NCBI GenBank assembly: GCA_013289165.1
Contig: JABDAL010000004.1
Location: 6,935 to 70,934, forward strand
Reading direction: 5' to 3'
Length of the DNA stretch: 64,000 nt
From: Bacteroidota bacterium
Lineage (GTDB): Bacteria > Bacteroidota > Bacteroidia > JABEUT01
Below the pieces are notes generated by a model. It ran no database searches. It was not told the origin of the DNA and saw only the letters and a list, made by a program, of their open reading frames with translations. The first letter of the stretch is position 1, and every line of letters starts with the position of its first letter. Below are positions 47,161 to 57,471 of this stretch, piece after piece. Both the position numbers and the translations under genes were made by a program.

Positions 47161-50100
47161 ATGAAAAAATACTTTTTGATTCTCTTCCTATTTGTTTGCA
47201 CTGCTGCGTTTTCTCAAACAAGTGCTCCTTCCAAATATAATATTAATGCAAGCGGGTTTGTAGAAAATAAGGGTCAACTGGTTGACCCTGCTTATAAGCC
47301 TGTTCCCAGTGTTAAATATTTGTTGTGCCAGCCCGGGTTTAATGTACAGCTCAGACAATCAGGGTTTAGCTATGATACTTATGTGGATACGCAAAATAAA
47401 ACCACAGGTGATAAAGGCAACAGAAACCCTATTAAGGATTTTACCCGCAATTATCACCGGGTAGATATTGATTTAGTTGGTTGTAACCAGAATGCAGAAA
47501 TTATTGCGGAACAAATGTCCTCCGCCTCCTTTAATTATTTTACTCCGGGCATGCCGCAGGGAGGAGTAAGTGATGTTCATTATTACCAAAAAATAACCTA
47601 TAAAAACATCTATCCAAATATAGACCTGCAATTTTTGGCTCCACAACCAGGTAGTAGCCGCTCCATACCTGTTGAATATCAATTTATTGTTCACAAAGGT
47701 GGAAATCCTGCTGATATAAAATTATCATATACTGGAGAAAACAAAATCAGCCTGGACAATAATAAATTAGTGGTGAGTGTAGCCAGAGGAGACTTTGCAG
47801 AAAGTATACCTAAAAGCTATTTGAAAGCCAGCGGAAAAGCTGTGAATGTTACCTATACTGCACTTGGTAACGATGTGTTTACTTTTACACTTCCTAAAAA
47901 CCTTTTACTGACTTCTGATTTGATTATTGACCCGATTCCTAATTTGCTTTGGGGAACTTATTATGGCGGGCCAGTTTATACCTATCCCTATGGAATTGCA
48001 CTCGATGCAAATGGTAATGTATATATTACAGGGATTACCGGAAGTGTAAACAACATTGTGACTTTAGGCGCATTCCTGACTGTTTACCAGGGATTTGAAG
48101 ACGTTTTCATAGCTAAGTTTAATTCCACAGGTACCAGCCTGGTTTGGGGTACTTATTATGGAGGAACCGGCGAAGATATAGGCCAAGGTATTGCTTTAGA
48201 TGCCAGTAAAAATGTGTATATTACCGGCTATACCGAGAGTGCTACAGGAATAGCCACACTTGGAGCCTATAAAAAAGTTTATGCCGGTAGGGGTGACGCT
48301 TTTGTAGCCAAGTTCAACTCCAGCGGTTCAAGTTTACTTTGGGGTACTTATTATGGAGGAATAGAAGAAGATACGGCACAAAGCATTGCTTTAGATGCCA
48401 GCGATAATGTGTACATTACCGGATCCACTTCAAGTCCATCGGGCATAGCCACTGGCGGAGCCTACCAAACATCTTATATAAGTGGAACGGATAACGTTGC
48501 ATTTGTAGCCAAGTTTAACTCCGCAGGTTCTTCCTTGCTTTGGGGGACTTACTATGGGGGTGCTAACAATACTTCTACCGGTGGTCGGGGAATAGTTATA
48601 GATGCAACGACTGACTCGTATATTACCGGGTATACTAATAGTGCCGGTAGCATAGCTACAGCAGGAGCGTATCAAACTAATTACGGGGGACATGGAGATG
48701 CATTTGTTGCAGAATTTAATCCTTCCGGTTCTTCCTTGCTTTGGGGTACTTATTATGGAGGAGACAGTGCAGATGTTGCACTTGGAATAGCCATTGATGC
48801 AAGCGATAATACCTATATTACAGGGTATACCACCAGTGATACGAATATAGCTACTCCGGCGGCTTTCCAAACTACAATAGGAGGAAATACAGATGCATTT
48901 GTAGCCAAATTTAATGCTACAGGCAGTACCCTTGTATGGGGCTCGTATTATGGTGGGCTAAATGAGGATATTGGCCAAGCTATAGTGGTAGACCCAACTG
49001 GCAGCGTGTATATTACGGGAGTGACTACAAGTTTTAATGGTATTGCTACTGCCGGTTCGTACCAGCCCGCATATGGCGGAAATTATGATGCTTTTATAGC
49101 CAAGTTTAATCCTTTTGCCACTTGCCTTTTATGGGGCACTTATTACGGAGGCCCATCGGAAGATCTTGGTAACGGTATTGTTCTCGATGCCAACAATGAC
49201 GTCTACATTACGGGATACACGGGAAGTTCATCCGGCATAGCTACAAAAGGGGCTTATCAAACTGTCTTTAATAATGGCGACGACGCTTTCGTGGCAGAAT
49301 TTAACTCCACCAATAACGCTGCTCCTACTACTATAACGCTTACTCCTGCCGATACTACTATTTGCGCGGGAAAAAGTGCAAAACTTAATGCATCCGGATC
49401 CGTAAACTACAGTTGGAGTCCTACTACGGGGCTTTCTTGTTATACCTGTCCAAATCCTTTAGCAACGCCTACAACAACTACCATTTATAGGGTTTCTAAT
49501 AATGCAAGCGGGTGTCTTTATTATGCTAGTGATACAGTAAGGGTAAGGCCGGCCCCCAAACCTATCATTACAGGAAAAAATGCTTTTTGCCTGGGTTCGG
49601 GCAGTATAGATACTCTTACTGTAACCGGAGGAAATACCTACAAATGGTCTCCAGGAGGAATAACCGGCAGCACCTACTATATTACTGCTAATAACCCTGA
49701 TACACTCGTAACCTTGATAGCTTACGATTCTGCCTGCTCAGACACGACTCATTTTAGGGTTTCAATAGTAAACGCACCCCAGGTTAGTATTATTCCTCCT
49801 GCTCCTTCCTGTACGGGTACAAAAGTGACTATTTCCACGTCTATAAAAGGCGGCGGTTCATACACCTACAAATGGTCTCCAGGGGGAGCAACAACATCTA
49901 ATATAACCGTGGATGACAGTGCCGTAACTTATAATGTGATAGTATCGAGTGGAGGATGCAAAGACAGTGCATCCACAACCTTAGTAACTAATAATCCTAC
50001 CATGACCTCATGTTGTGATAAAATAATTACCATTGGTGATGATACCATACTTACTGCACATGGAAGTGGCCTGAAAGGATATAAGTGGTCTCCTCCTGTA

Positions 50101-50520
50101 ATTTGCCTAAATGCATTGTGTGATTCTGTGAAGGTTTCACCCACCGTAACTACTACCTATACGGTAACAGGAACAAAAGCTTCGGATACTTTATGTAAAG
50201 TTGAAAACCTGGTTATTATAGTAGTTGAAACGCCTTGTTTTAATTTTACTGTACCAAATGTATTTACACCCACTTATGCGGGACCAAATGGAACCAACAA
50301 CGTATTCTACATTAAAACAGAATACCTAACATCTTGGTCTTTAGATGTTTTTGACAGATGGGGAAAGGAAGTCTACACTTCAACCAACCAATACCAATAC
50401 TGGAATGGTGAAACCAAAGGTGGCGATAAAGCCCCGGAAGGAGTATATTATTATGTAATTACTGCCGATTGCCATGGTACCGGTTACAAAAAGGATGGAT
50501 ACGTACAACTTATTAGATAA
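47161..50520 (+). CDS. giant surface protein: N-terminal module, about 10 beta-propeller (SBBP-type) repeats, Ig-like modules, T9SS type B C-terminal sorting domain
   Basis: 1119 aa. Repeats of LLWGTYYGG...D.A.GIA.DAS.NVYITGYT.S..GIAT.GAYQ....G..DAFVAKFN. C-terminus FTVPNVFTP...YIKTE...DRWGKEVY..WNGE..GVYYYVI..GYVQLIR. Confidence 0.85.
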   Translation: MKKYFLILFLFVCTAAFSQTSAPSKYNINASGFVENKGQLVDPAYKPVPSVKYLLCQPGFNVQLRQSGFSYDTYVDTQNKTTGDKGNRNPIKDFTRNYHRVDIDLVGCNQNAEIIAEQMSSASFNYFTPGMPQGGVSDVHYYQKITYKNIYPNIDLQFLAPQPGSSRSIPVEYQFIVHKGGNPADIKLSYTGENKISLDNNKLVVSVARGDFAESIPKSYLKASGKAVNVTYTALGNDVFTFTLPKNLLLTSDLIIDPIPNLLWGTYYGGPVYTYPYGIALDANGNVYITGITGSVNNIVTLGAFLTVYQGFEDVFIAKFNSTGTSLVWGTYYGGTGEDIGQGIALDASKNVYITGYTESATGIATLGAYKKVYAGRGDAFVAKFNSSGSSLLWGTYYGGIEEDTAQSIALDASDNVYITGSTSSPSGIATGGAYQTSYISGTDNVAFVAKFNSAGSSLLWGTYYGGANNTSTGGRGIVIDATTDSYITGYTNSAGSIATAGAYQTNYGGHGDAFVAEFNPSGSSLLWGTYYGGDSADVALGIAIDASDNTYITGYTTSDTNIATPAAFQTTIGGNTDAFVAKFNATGSTLVWGSYYGGLNEDIGQAIVVDPTGSVYITGVTTSFNGIATAGSYQPAYGGNYDAFIAKFNPFATCLLWGTYYGGPSEDLGNGIVLDANNDVYITGYTGSSSGIATKGAYQTVFNNGDDAFVAEFNSTNNAAPTTITLTPADTTICAGKSAKLNASGSVNYSWSPTTGLSCYTCPNPLATPTTTTIYRVSNNASGCLYYASDTVRVRPAPKPIITGKNAFCLGSGSIDTLTVTGGNTYKWSPGGITGSTYYITANNPDTLVTLIAYDSACSDTTHFRVSIVNAPQVSIIPPAPSCTGTKVTISTSIKGGGSYTYKWSPGGATTSNITVDDSAVTYNVIVSSGGCKDSASTTLVTNNPTMTSCCDKIITIGDDTILTAHGSGLKGYKWSPPVICLNALCDSVKVSPTVTTTYTVTGTKASDTLCKVENLVIIVVETPCFNFTVPNVFTPTYAGPNGTNNVFYIKTEYLTSWSLDVFDRWGKEVYTSTNQYQYWNGETKGGDKAPEGVYYYVITADCHGTGYKKDGYVQLIR

Positions 50521-50573
50521 TCCTCCTGATGAATAGATCTTCCTTACACACAAAATTTCTTCAACATACTAAG

Positions 50574-53500
50574 ATGAGGAGAATCTTTGCGTTGGGTGTA
50601 TTTCTTTTATTCTTCTATTCCTTTTCTTTTTCCCAGAAAACAGCAGGTCAAAAAACTTATTCCTCAGTACCCAAAACGGTAACTACTGGAAGCAGTGCTA
50701 AGATAGAATGGCAAACGGACCCTTTTGACGAGCAGGTATTTATTGAAAATAACGGGCAATTTGACGGGGAAATAAATTCCAGTGAAAAAATTTTGTACGG
50801 AGTCCGGTTAGGTTACATTGCTATGTATTTTACTCCCCATAAAATTTTTTACAGGTACGACAAATCTACTTCTGTTCCTTTATCTCAACTTAAAAATTCA
50901 ACCATACATACCGAAACATATTTTCTTACCGCAGAATGGCAGGATGCCAGCCCACTGGTTAGTATTGTTGCACAAGATGAAAAGCCCGATTACTATACCT
51001 ATGGGAAAGGCTCAAATGGTACAATAAGAGCAAATATATTTAAGCAAATAACATATAAAGACATCTACCCGGGCATAGATATAGTTTATCAATTTATAAA
51101 AGGTAAAGAAGGTATAAAATATAGTCTTGTGGTGCATCCGGGAGCAGATATCTCTAAAATAAAAATCAGTTATTCCGGAGCAAAAAGCATCGCTAAAAAT
51201 GCACAGGGAGATATTTTAATAAACAGCGACCTTGATATACTTACAGAACATGCCCCCGTATCGAATTATGAAGGAGAAACAGGAAAAGTGGCCATATCGA
51301 ATGTTATTGACGGAAATACTGAATCATTTAATCCGAATGCAGGTTATGACAGGTCAAAGACGCTTATAATTGACCCCTGGCAAACAGACCCGTTATTATC
51401 AGCGGCTACCAGCTGGGATAAAGCCTATGACCTTGATTGGGACTACCAGGGAAATGTATATGCGTATGGAGGTTTGAGCGGAGGGGGAGCCAATGTTTTA
51501 AAATTGGTAAAAATGAATTCGAGTGGAAGCATACAATGGACCTATAATGCTTCGACAATCAGTTCTTACTATGGAGACTTTTGTACAGATAAAGCCAATG
51601 GAACATGCTATTTAATCGAAGGGTTTGGTGGCCAGGCACTAAAAGTAAATACTAACGGTTCATTGCTGGCCACATTTACAGGTAATGTCAATATGAATGA
51701 GTTATGGAGGGCTGAATTTGATATGTGTAATTATTCAGTTGTTGTCGGTGGAGGAGGTACTTTCAGTAATTACCAGGCTGGCCGGCTGGATACCAATATG
51801 ACTACCATAAATCCCGTTAATGTATTAGGGTTGGGAAATCCTGACCACAGTATAACCAACTTAGCCCTTGACCCCAATGGTGTGCAATGCTATATGACCT
51901 CCGAATGCTCACAGGTAACCCCAACATTTAGTAACAATATGGTTCTGAGATTGCCTGTGCCTTCTCTTGCTCCCACTGCGTACCAGGTGCATGAGCAAAT
52001 GGGCATGAATGAGAATATTAGTGTTGCATACGCAGGTGGTGCTATTAATGTAAGGAATGCTGATGGAACGAATGGAGCGGCTGCCAGCCCCAATTGGTTA
52101 TATCTTTATAATGGAGATACCATAAGACGCTACAATAAAGGAACAGGGGCATTGGTTTCCATCAGACCAATACGTATAAATGCAGCCTTCAAGTATTCCG
52201 GGATAGATGTGGATGAATGTGACAATTTATTTGTAGGTGTGGACGATTCCCTTTATGTAATGAATTCTTCTTACATAATACAATCTAAAATCCTTTTGCC
52301 GGATACCGTTTTCGATGTACATGAAAATGGAACGGTATTATATGCTTGCGGAAGACATTATGTTACCCAAATTACAAATCCAATTTCTGAAAGGCTAATA
52401 CTTTCTACTGCCGTAGTTGGAAATTCCTGCAATCCCTGCGATGGAAAAGCAACGGTAACAGTAGGAGGATGTGGAGTAGCCCCTTATACATACAGCTGGA
52501 GCAATGGTAGTACTTCTCAAACAGCTACAGGCTTATGCGCAGGGCAATATAAAATTACTGTTTTTGATGCGGAATGCCCCCCTCATAAAGATACGGCGAC
52601 AGTAGCTGTTACTTTAAAACCTTTATTATCGGCAACAGCAACGGACACAAACCCCACAAGTTGCGTAGTCCTTAACTCGGGCAAAGCTACTGCCTATGGC
52701 TCCGGAGGAAGTTCTCCCTATACATATAAATGGACGAATGGAGCGACTACCTCACATACCACCGGATTAACTGCCGGGTCCTATACATGCACCGTGACAG
52801 ATAATTCAGGTTGTACGGCTACTGTAAGCATTACTCTAAAAAACTTACCTCCTCCTGTTATTACAATTACCAGCAAGCCTGCCAATAGTACTATATGTGA
52901 GGGTTCAAAAGATACCTTAACAGCATCGGGAGGGGTATCTTACGTATGGACGCCCCCAAATGGGTTAAGTTGTACAAACTGCCCGAACCCCTTGGCCTCA
53001 CCCGGCAATACTAAAACCTATACAGTAACAGGTACAGACGCAAATGGATGCTCAGCTACACAAAGCATTACGGTTAAAGTAACCCCATTACCCATTATAA
53101 ACATTCAGGGTAATTTTATTGCCTGTGGTGGCTTTCCGGATACTTTAAAAGCAACGGGAGGCACAACCTATTTATGGAGTAACAGTTCAACAGACTCGAT
53201 TATAGCGCCGGTTATAAATGGGAATACATCATTCACTGTAACCGGTTATAAAAATAACTGTGCTAACACTGCAACCATAAAAATAACAGCCGATTTTCCA
53301 ACTGTTCAAGTTACCCCGCAAACCCAAACGATTTGCCAGGGCTCAAGCATTACTTTAAATGCTTCCGGCGACAGATTTTATTCATGGGCACCTAATTATT
53401 TCCTTAGTTGCTTAAACTGTCCTAATCCTAATGCTTCGCCTCCCAGCCCTGTAACCTATACAGTTACCGGAACAGACAGGAATGGATGTTCTGCCACCAA

Positions 53501-54455
53501 TACGGTCAATATAAGTGTAATTCCGCTACCTCTTATCAGTGTTTCTGGCAATCTTAATCCATGTTTTAATCAATTAGACAGCATAAGCCTGTTTGTGACC
53601 AATGGTACGGGCTATAAATGGAGCGACGGTTCAAGCTACGATACGGTTAAATTCATTACAAGTACAAACACTACATATTCGGTCGAGGTATTTAATGGTA
53701 ATTGTTCCAAAGATACTTCCGTAAGTATCACTGTGGAACCCTTGCCGGTAGTGACCATTACTAAACCCGATACCATTTGTTATGGTAAAAATATTACACT
53801 ACAAGCAACAGGAGGAGGAACCTATTTATGGAATACAGGTTCTACAAAGAGCTCTATAAAAGTAACGCCCACAAAAAATACCAGGTATATAGTAACTGTG
53901 GAAGCTAACGGATGCATTACGAATGATACTACCAAAGTGACTGTAGACCAACTCGCTTTATTAACCATATGTTGTGATACATCTATGAAAATTGGCCAAA
54001 TGGCTGTTTTGTGGGGTGCTGAAGGGCCCCAGTATACGTGGGAACCCACTACAGGATTAAATTGTGATACTTGCCATTTTGTAATTGCCACACCCACAGT
54101 AACCACTACCTATACCGTAAAAGTAAAAGATGCTTTTGGGTGCGAAAAAACAGAAGAAATCACTGTAGATATTGATAAAACATGTAGTGCCATCTTCATA
54201 CCCAATGCTTTCTCTCCCGGCGAAAAGCATAATAATATTTTTTATGTGCGGGGCCCCTGTATAGAGGAAATGACTTTTATGGTTTTTGACCGCTGGGGAA
54301 ATCGGGTTTTTGAAACAACTTCCCAAGATGTTGGCTGGGATGGGAACCATGGTGGATCACCTGTAAATATGGGTACTTATATCTGGTATCTGAAAGCCCA
54401 AATGCTGGATGGGTCTACGTTAGAGAAGAAAGGCAATGTTCTCTTGATTAGGTAA
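50574..54455 (+). CDS. giant surface protein with SprB-type and Ig-like modules and a T9SS type B C-terminal sorting domain
   Basis: Signal peptide begins at MRRIFALGVFLLFF (ATG 50574; the ORF track starts at 50529). Contains GG..PYTY.WSNG repeats. C-terminus FIPNAFSPG...FYVRG...FDRWGNRVFE..WDG...GTYIWYL..GNVLLIR. Confidence 0.85.
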   Translation: MRRIFALGVFLLFFYSFSFSQKTAGQKTYSSVPKTVTTGSSAKIEWQTDPFDEQVFIENNGQFDGEINSSEKILYGVRLGYIAMYFTPHKIFYRYDKSTSVPLSQLKNSTIHTETYFLTAEWQDASPLVSIVAQDEKPDYYTYGKGSNGTIRANIFKQITYKDIYPGIDIVYQFIKGKEGIKYSLVVHPGADISKIKISYSGAKSIAKNAQGDILINSDLDILTEHAPVSNYEGETGKVAISNVIDGNTESFNPNAGYDRSKTLIIDPWQTDPLLSAATSWDKAYDLDWDYQGNVYAYGGLSGGGANVLKLVKMNSSGSIQWTYNASTISSYYGDFCTDKANGTCYLIEGFGGQALKVNTNGSLLATFTGNVNMNELWRAEFDMCNYSVVVGGGGTFSNYQAGRLDTNMTTINPVNVLGLGNPDHSITNLALDPNGVQCYMTSECSQVTPTFSNNMVLRLPVPSLAPTAYQVHEQMGMNENISVAYAGGAINVRNADGTNGAAASPNWLYLYNGDTIRRYNKGTGALVSIRPIRINAAFKYSGIDVDECDNLFVGVDDSLYVMNSSYIIQSKILLPDTVFDVHENGTVLYACGRHYVTQITNPISERLILSTAVVGNSCNPCDGKATVTVGGCGVAPYTYSWSNGSTSQTATGLCAGQYKITVFDAECPPHKDTATVAVTLKPLLSATATDTNPTSCVVLNSGKATAYGSGGSSPYTYKWTNGATTSHTTGLTAGSYTCTVTDNSGCTATVSITLKNLPPPVITITSKPANSTICEGSKDTLTASGGVSYVWTPPNGLSCTNCPNPLASPGNTKTYTVTGTDANGCSATQSITVKVTPLPIINIQGNFIACGGFPDTLKATGGTTYLWSNSSTDSIIAPVINGNTSFTVTGYKNNCANTATIKITADFPTVQVTPQTQTICQGSSITLNASGDRFYSWAPNYFLSCLNCPNPNASPPSPVTYTVTGTDRNGCSATNTVNISVIPLPLISVSGNLNPCFNQLDSISLFVTNGTGYKWSDGSSYDTVKFITSTNTTYSVEVFNGNCSKDTSVSITVEPLPVVTITKPDTICYGKNITLQATGGGTYLWNTGSTKSSIKVTPTKNTRYIVTVEANGCITNDTTKVTVDQLALLTICCDTSMKIGQMAVLWGAEGPQYTWEPTTGLNCDTCHFVIATPTVTTTYTVKVKDAFGCEKTEEITVDIDKTCSAIFIPNAFSPGEKHNNIFYVRGPCIEEMTFMVFDRWGNRVFETTSQDVGWDGNHGGSPVNMGTYIWYLKAQMLDGSTLEKKGNVLLIR

Positions 54456-54463
54456 GTTTCTTT

Positions 54464-54946
54464 TTACAAGCATTTAAAATAATCAAAAGGCTCTTTACAA
54501 TCATTACAAACGTAAAGCGCTTTGCAAGGTGTAGAACCAAAAAAGCTTTTCATTTCTGTGTTAGTAGAGCTACAACGAGGGCAGTGTACTATTTTAGGCA
54601 TGCCACTTAATAAACTCTTATCTGGTGAAGATTCGGGCGGTGCTATACCATATATCTTTAGCTTTTTTCTCCCTTCTTCGCTTATCCAGTCTGTAGTCCA
54701 GGCCGGAGACAAAATAGTTTTGACCGTAAATTGAGAAACTCCTCTTTCTTTCAATTTACTACGTATATCCTCTTCAATTACATGCATAGCAGGGCAACCA
54801 GTATAGGTAGGCGTAATTGTTACAACAGCACCCAACTCATCTGCCTCCACTTTGCGCACTATACCTAAGTCAATAATGCTAAGAACAGGTATCTCCGGGT
54901 CTTTTACCTCCTCCAGGTAATTCCATATTTGTTCTTTTGTATTCAT
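54464..54946 (-). CDS. paaD: 1,2-phenylacetyl-CoA epoxidase subunit PaaD (PaaJ)
   Basis: MNTKEQIWNYLEEVKDPEIPVLSIIDLGIV..., PTYTGCPA, and a C-terminal CPRC...C..C zinc ribbon. Start placed at the ATG at 54946 (the ORF track uses a GTG at 54964). Confidence 0.8.
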   Translation of the reverse strand: MNTKEQIWNYLEEVKDPEIPVLSIIDLGIVRKVEADELGAVVTITPTYTGCPAMHVIEEDIRSKLKERGVSQFTVKTILSPAWTTDWISEEGRKKLKIYGIAPPESSPDKSLLSGMPKIVHCPRCSSTNTEMKSFFGSTPCKALYVCNDCKEPFDYFKCL

Positions 54947-54957
54947 AAATACTCTGA

Positions 54958-55728
54958 TCACCACTTAGCATCCGGATAGGCGCGTGGCAAAAATTGCAAT
55001 TCAGCTAAAATATATCCCAAATATTCAGAATGTTTGCCTTCTCTCCCACCCATCATCATAAAAGAATTTTCGGGTATCTTTAAAGTAGCTTCATTCAGCA
55101 CATTTTTAATAGTTTCTTCCCATTTGCTCCGGATACCCGCCATACCAAGAATTACTTTTTGTTCTACTAATAATGCGTCACCTGGATGGACGAGAAATAA
55201 GTCCCCCGTATACATCCATAAATTATTGAAGGCATCCTGTACTTTTTTATGGCTTTCATTGGTTCCGTCTCCCAGGCGTATTATCCAGTCAGATGAATGG
55301 CGTAGGTGATAAGTAGCCTCCTTAATAGCCTTTTCGGAAACAGAACGAATCCGCTCATCAGAAGAAGAAAGCAGGGCTTCGTGCAAATGATACGCAAATG
55401 CAGTATATAGAAACTGGCGGGCCATAGTAAATCCGAAATCTGAGTTAGGTTGTTCTACCAGTAAAGAATTTCGATAATCCATCACATCCCTTTTATATGC
55501 TAACTCGTCCTCTGAACGCCCCTTGCCTTCCACTTCGCCGGCATAGGTGAGATATAAACGTGCCTGGCCCAATAGGTCAAGGGCAATATTGGTAAGGGCA
55601 ATATCTTCCTCCAGGATAGGTCCATGCCCACACCATTCGGAAAGACGATGTCCGAGCACAAGGGTAGTATCCCCCATCCATAAGAGATATTCATAAAGGG
55701 CTTTTTTCAGATTATTTTCCATGTACAA
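54958..55728 (-). CDS. paaC: 1,2-phenylacetyl-CoA epoxidase subunit PaaC (PaaI)
   Basis: 256 aa ferritin-like helical protein. LLWMGDTTLVLGHRLSEWCGHGPILEEDIALTNIALDLLGQAR is typical of PaaC. Confidence 0.8.
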   Translation of the reverse strand: MYMENNLKKALYEYLLWMGDTTLVLGHRLSEWCGHGPILEEDIALTNIALDLLGQARLYLTYAGEVEGKGRSEDELAYKRDVMDYRNSLLVEQPNSDFGFTMARQFLYTAFAYHLHEALLSSSDERIRSVSEKAIKEATYHLRHSSDWIIRLGDGTNESHKKVQDAFNNLWMYTGDLFLVHPGDALLVEQKVILGMAGIRSKWEETIKNVLNEATLKIPENSFMMMGGREGKHSEYLGYILAELQFLPRAYPDAKW

Positions 55729-55761
55729 ATATAATATGCAAAGGTATTATATATACTCCAT

Positions 55762-56478
55762 TTACTTACTATTTAACTCACAAAACCAAAATCCCTGTGT
55801 CTTTATTTCTGTTGAACAAGGATGACTGGAATCTGTTTTAATTTCCAAAGGGCGATAAATCCTCTCTCCAATTTCTACTTCGACAGGCTTCCTAAAAATA
55901 GGCCCTGCAAAACAAAAGGTATGAAATTCTCCGTTTTCACCACAAGGGTCAATAGCTAAAGGAAGGCTATTTAAAAAGTTTAAATCAAATAACACTCCAA
56001 CTTCTTTATCAGATAAATATGCATCATTAACACAGCAAAGTATAGTCTTAAAACCCAAGTCAATAAAATCATGGGCAAGTTGTTTAGTATTCATCTTCCA
56101 TAAGGGGTATACACCCTTCATTCCAACTTTACTAAGGTTATTATCACGATAGGCCCGAAGGTCCTCCAAGAAAATATCTCCAAATATTACATATTCTATT
56201 CCTTTTGTCATTTGTTCCAGCATAAATGCCTCCATCTTTTTCTCATATTCATCGTTACTGCCTGATTTTACATACATAATTGACAAGGGAATACCAATAC
56301 TTTCTGCCTGTTTTTCAATCAATTCCTCCTTTACTCCATGCATAGACACACGCTTAAAATTTTCGTTTACAGTAGTAAACAGTGCTATAACCTCATATTC
56401 TTTTTCCTGCATTATTCTATACAGTGCATAAGATGAATCCTTTCCACCACTCCAGCAAAATATGGCCTTTTTTAACAT
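55762..56478 (-). CDS. Dph6/MJ0570-related ATP pyrophosphatase (adenine nucleotide alpha-hydrolase superfamily)
   Basis: 238 aa. N-terminal PP-loop-like CWSGGKDSSYAL. Confidence 0.7.
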   Translation of the reverse strand: MLKKAIFCWSGGKDSSYALYRIMQEKEYEVIALFTTVNENFKRVSMHGVKEELIEKQAESIGIPLSIMYVKSGSNDEYEKKMEAFMLEQMTKGIEYVIFGDIFLEDLRAYRDNNLSKVGMKGVYPLWKMNTKQLAHDFIDLGFKTILCCVNDAYLSDKEVGVLFDLNFLNSLPLAIDPCGENGEFHTFCFAGPIFRKPVEVEIGERIYRPLEIKTDSSHPCSTEIKTQGFWFCELNSK

Positions 56479-56675
56479 ACCGAATACAATAATAAAGATT
56501 CTGCATATATCCTGTAATCTATTCCTGATCTTTAATAAAGATTTAATGTCTTCCTATATCTATAATCATCAGACTATTTGCCTATTATTTTACCCGCCCG
56601 GCAAGTCATTGAATTTTTTTAACTCCCTTCTATTTCACGATTTATTACTTTTGACCCGAAACAATTATATAAAAG

Positions 56676-57461
56676 ATGAGGAATTTTAAGCTTCCCGGAT
56701 TACCTGAAAGGACTGAAAAGCCTAGAGAGAATGGGCTAACCATGGTAATGGATAAGGGGTTAAGCCTGAGGCAAACCTTAGATCTTGTAAGTGTCTGTGG
56801 GGAGTATACTGATATTGTTAAGCTGGGGTTCGGGACTTCATTAATAACAAAAGACCTGAATAAAAAACTGGGGTTATATAATGAAGCGGGTATTAAAACA
56901 TATTTTGGAGGAACCTTGTTCGAGGCATTTATTGTTCGCAATATGTTTGATGATTACCGTCGCCTCCTTACCAAATTAAAGATGGAATACGTAGAGGTTT
57001 CGGATGGTTCCGTGCAAATGGCACATGAAGACAAATGCGGCTATATAAAAGAACTGGCAAAGGACTTTACGGTGCTTTCGGAAGTTGGCTCAAAAGAAGC
57101 GGGGGTAATTATTCACCCCAATCTTTGGACTTCGATGATGGATAAGGAAATTAAAAGCGGGGCATGGAAAGTAATTGCGGAATCGCGGGAAAGTGGAACA
57201 GTTGGTATTTACCGCCCCAATGGTAACGCACATGTTACGCTTATTAACAAGATACTAAATAAAGTTCCTGCTGAAAACATTATTTGGGAAGCCCCTAAAA
57301 AATCACAACAGGCTTGGTTTATAGCCTTACTAGGTGCTAATGTTAACCTGGGCAACATAGGCACAGACGATGTCATTCCACTCGAAACTTTACGCTTAGG
57401 GCTTAGAGGCGATACTTTCAAGCAATTTACCCCCAAAAACGCAAAGGAAAATAAGGATTGA
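56676..57461 (+). CDS. comA: phosphosulfolactate synthase (ComA family)
   Basis: 261 aa. ...LPERTEKPRENGLTMVMDKGL... and VKLGFGTS are typical of (2R)-phospho-3-sulfolactate synthase. Confidence 0.75.
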   Translation: MRNFKLPGLPERTEKPRENGLTMVMDKGLSLRQTLDLVSVCGEYTDIVKLGFGTSLITKDLNKKLGLYNEAGIKTYFGGTLFEAFIVRNMFDDYRRLLTKLKMEYVEVSDGSVQMAHEDKCGYIKELAKDFTVLSEVGSKEAGVIIHPNLWTSMMDKEIKSGAWKVIAESRESGTVGIYRPNGNAHVTLINKILNKVPAENIIWEAPKKSQQAWFIALLGANVNLGNIGTDDVIPLETLRLGLRGDTFKQFTPKNAKENKD

Positions 57462-57471
57462 TTTTCTATCC

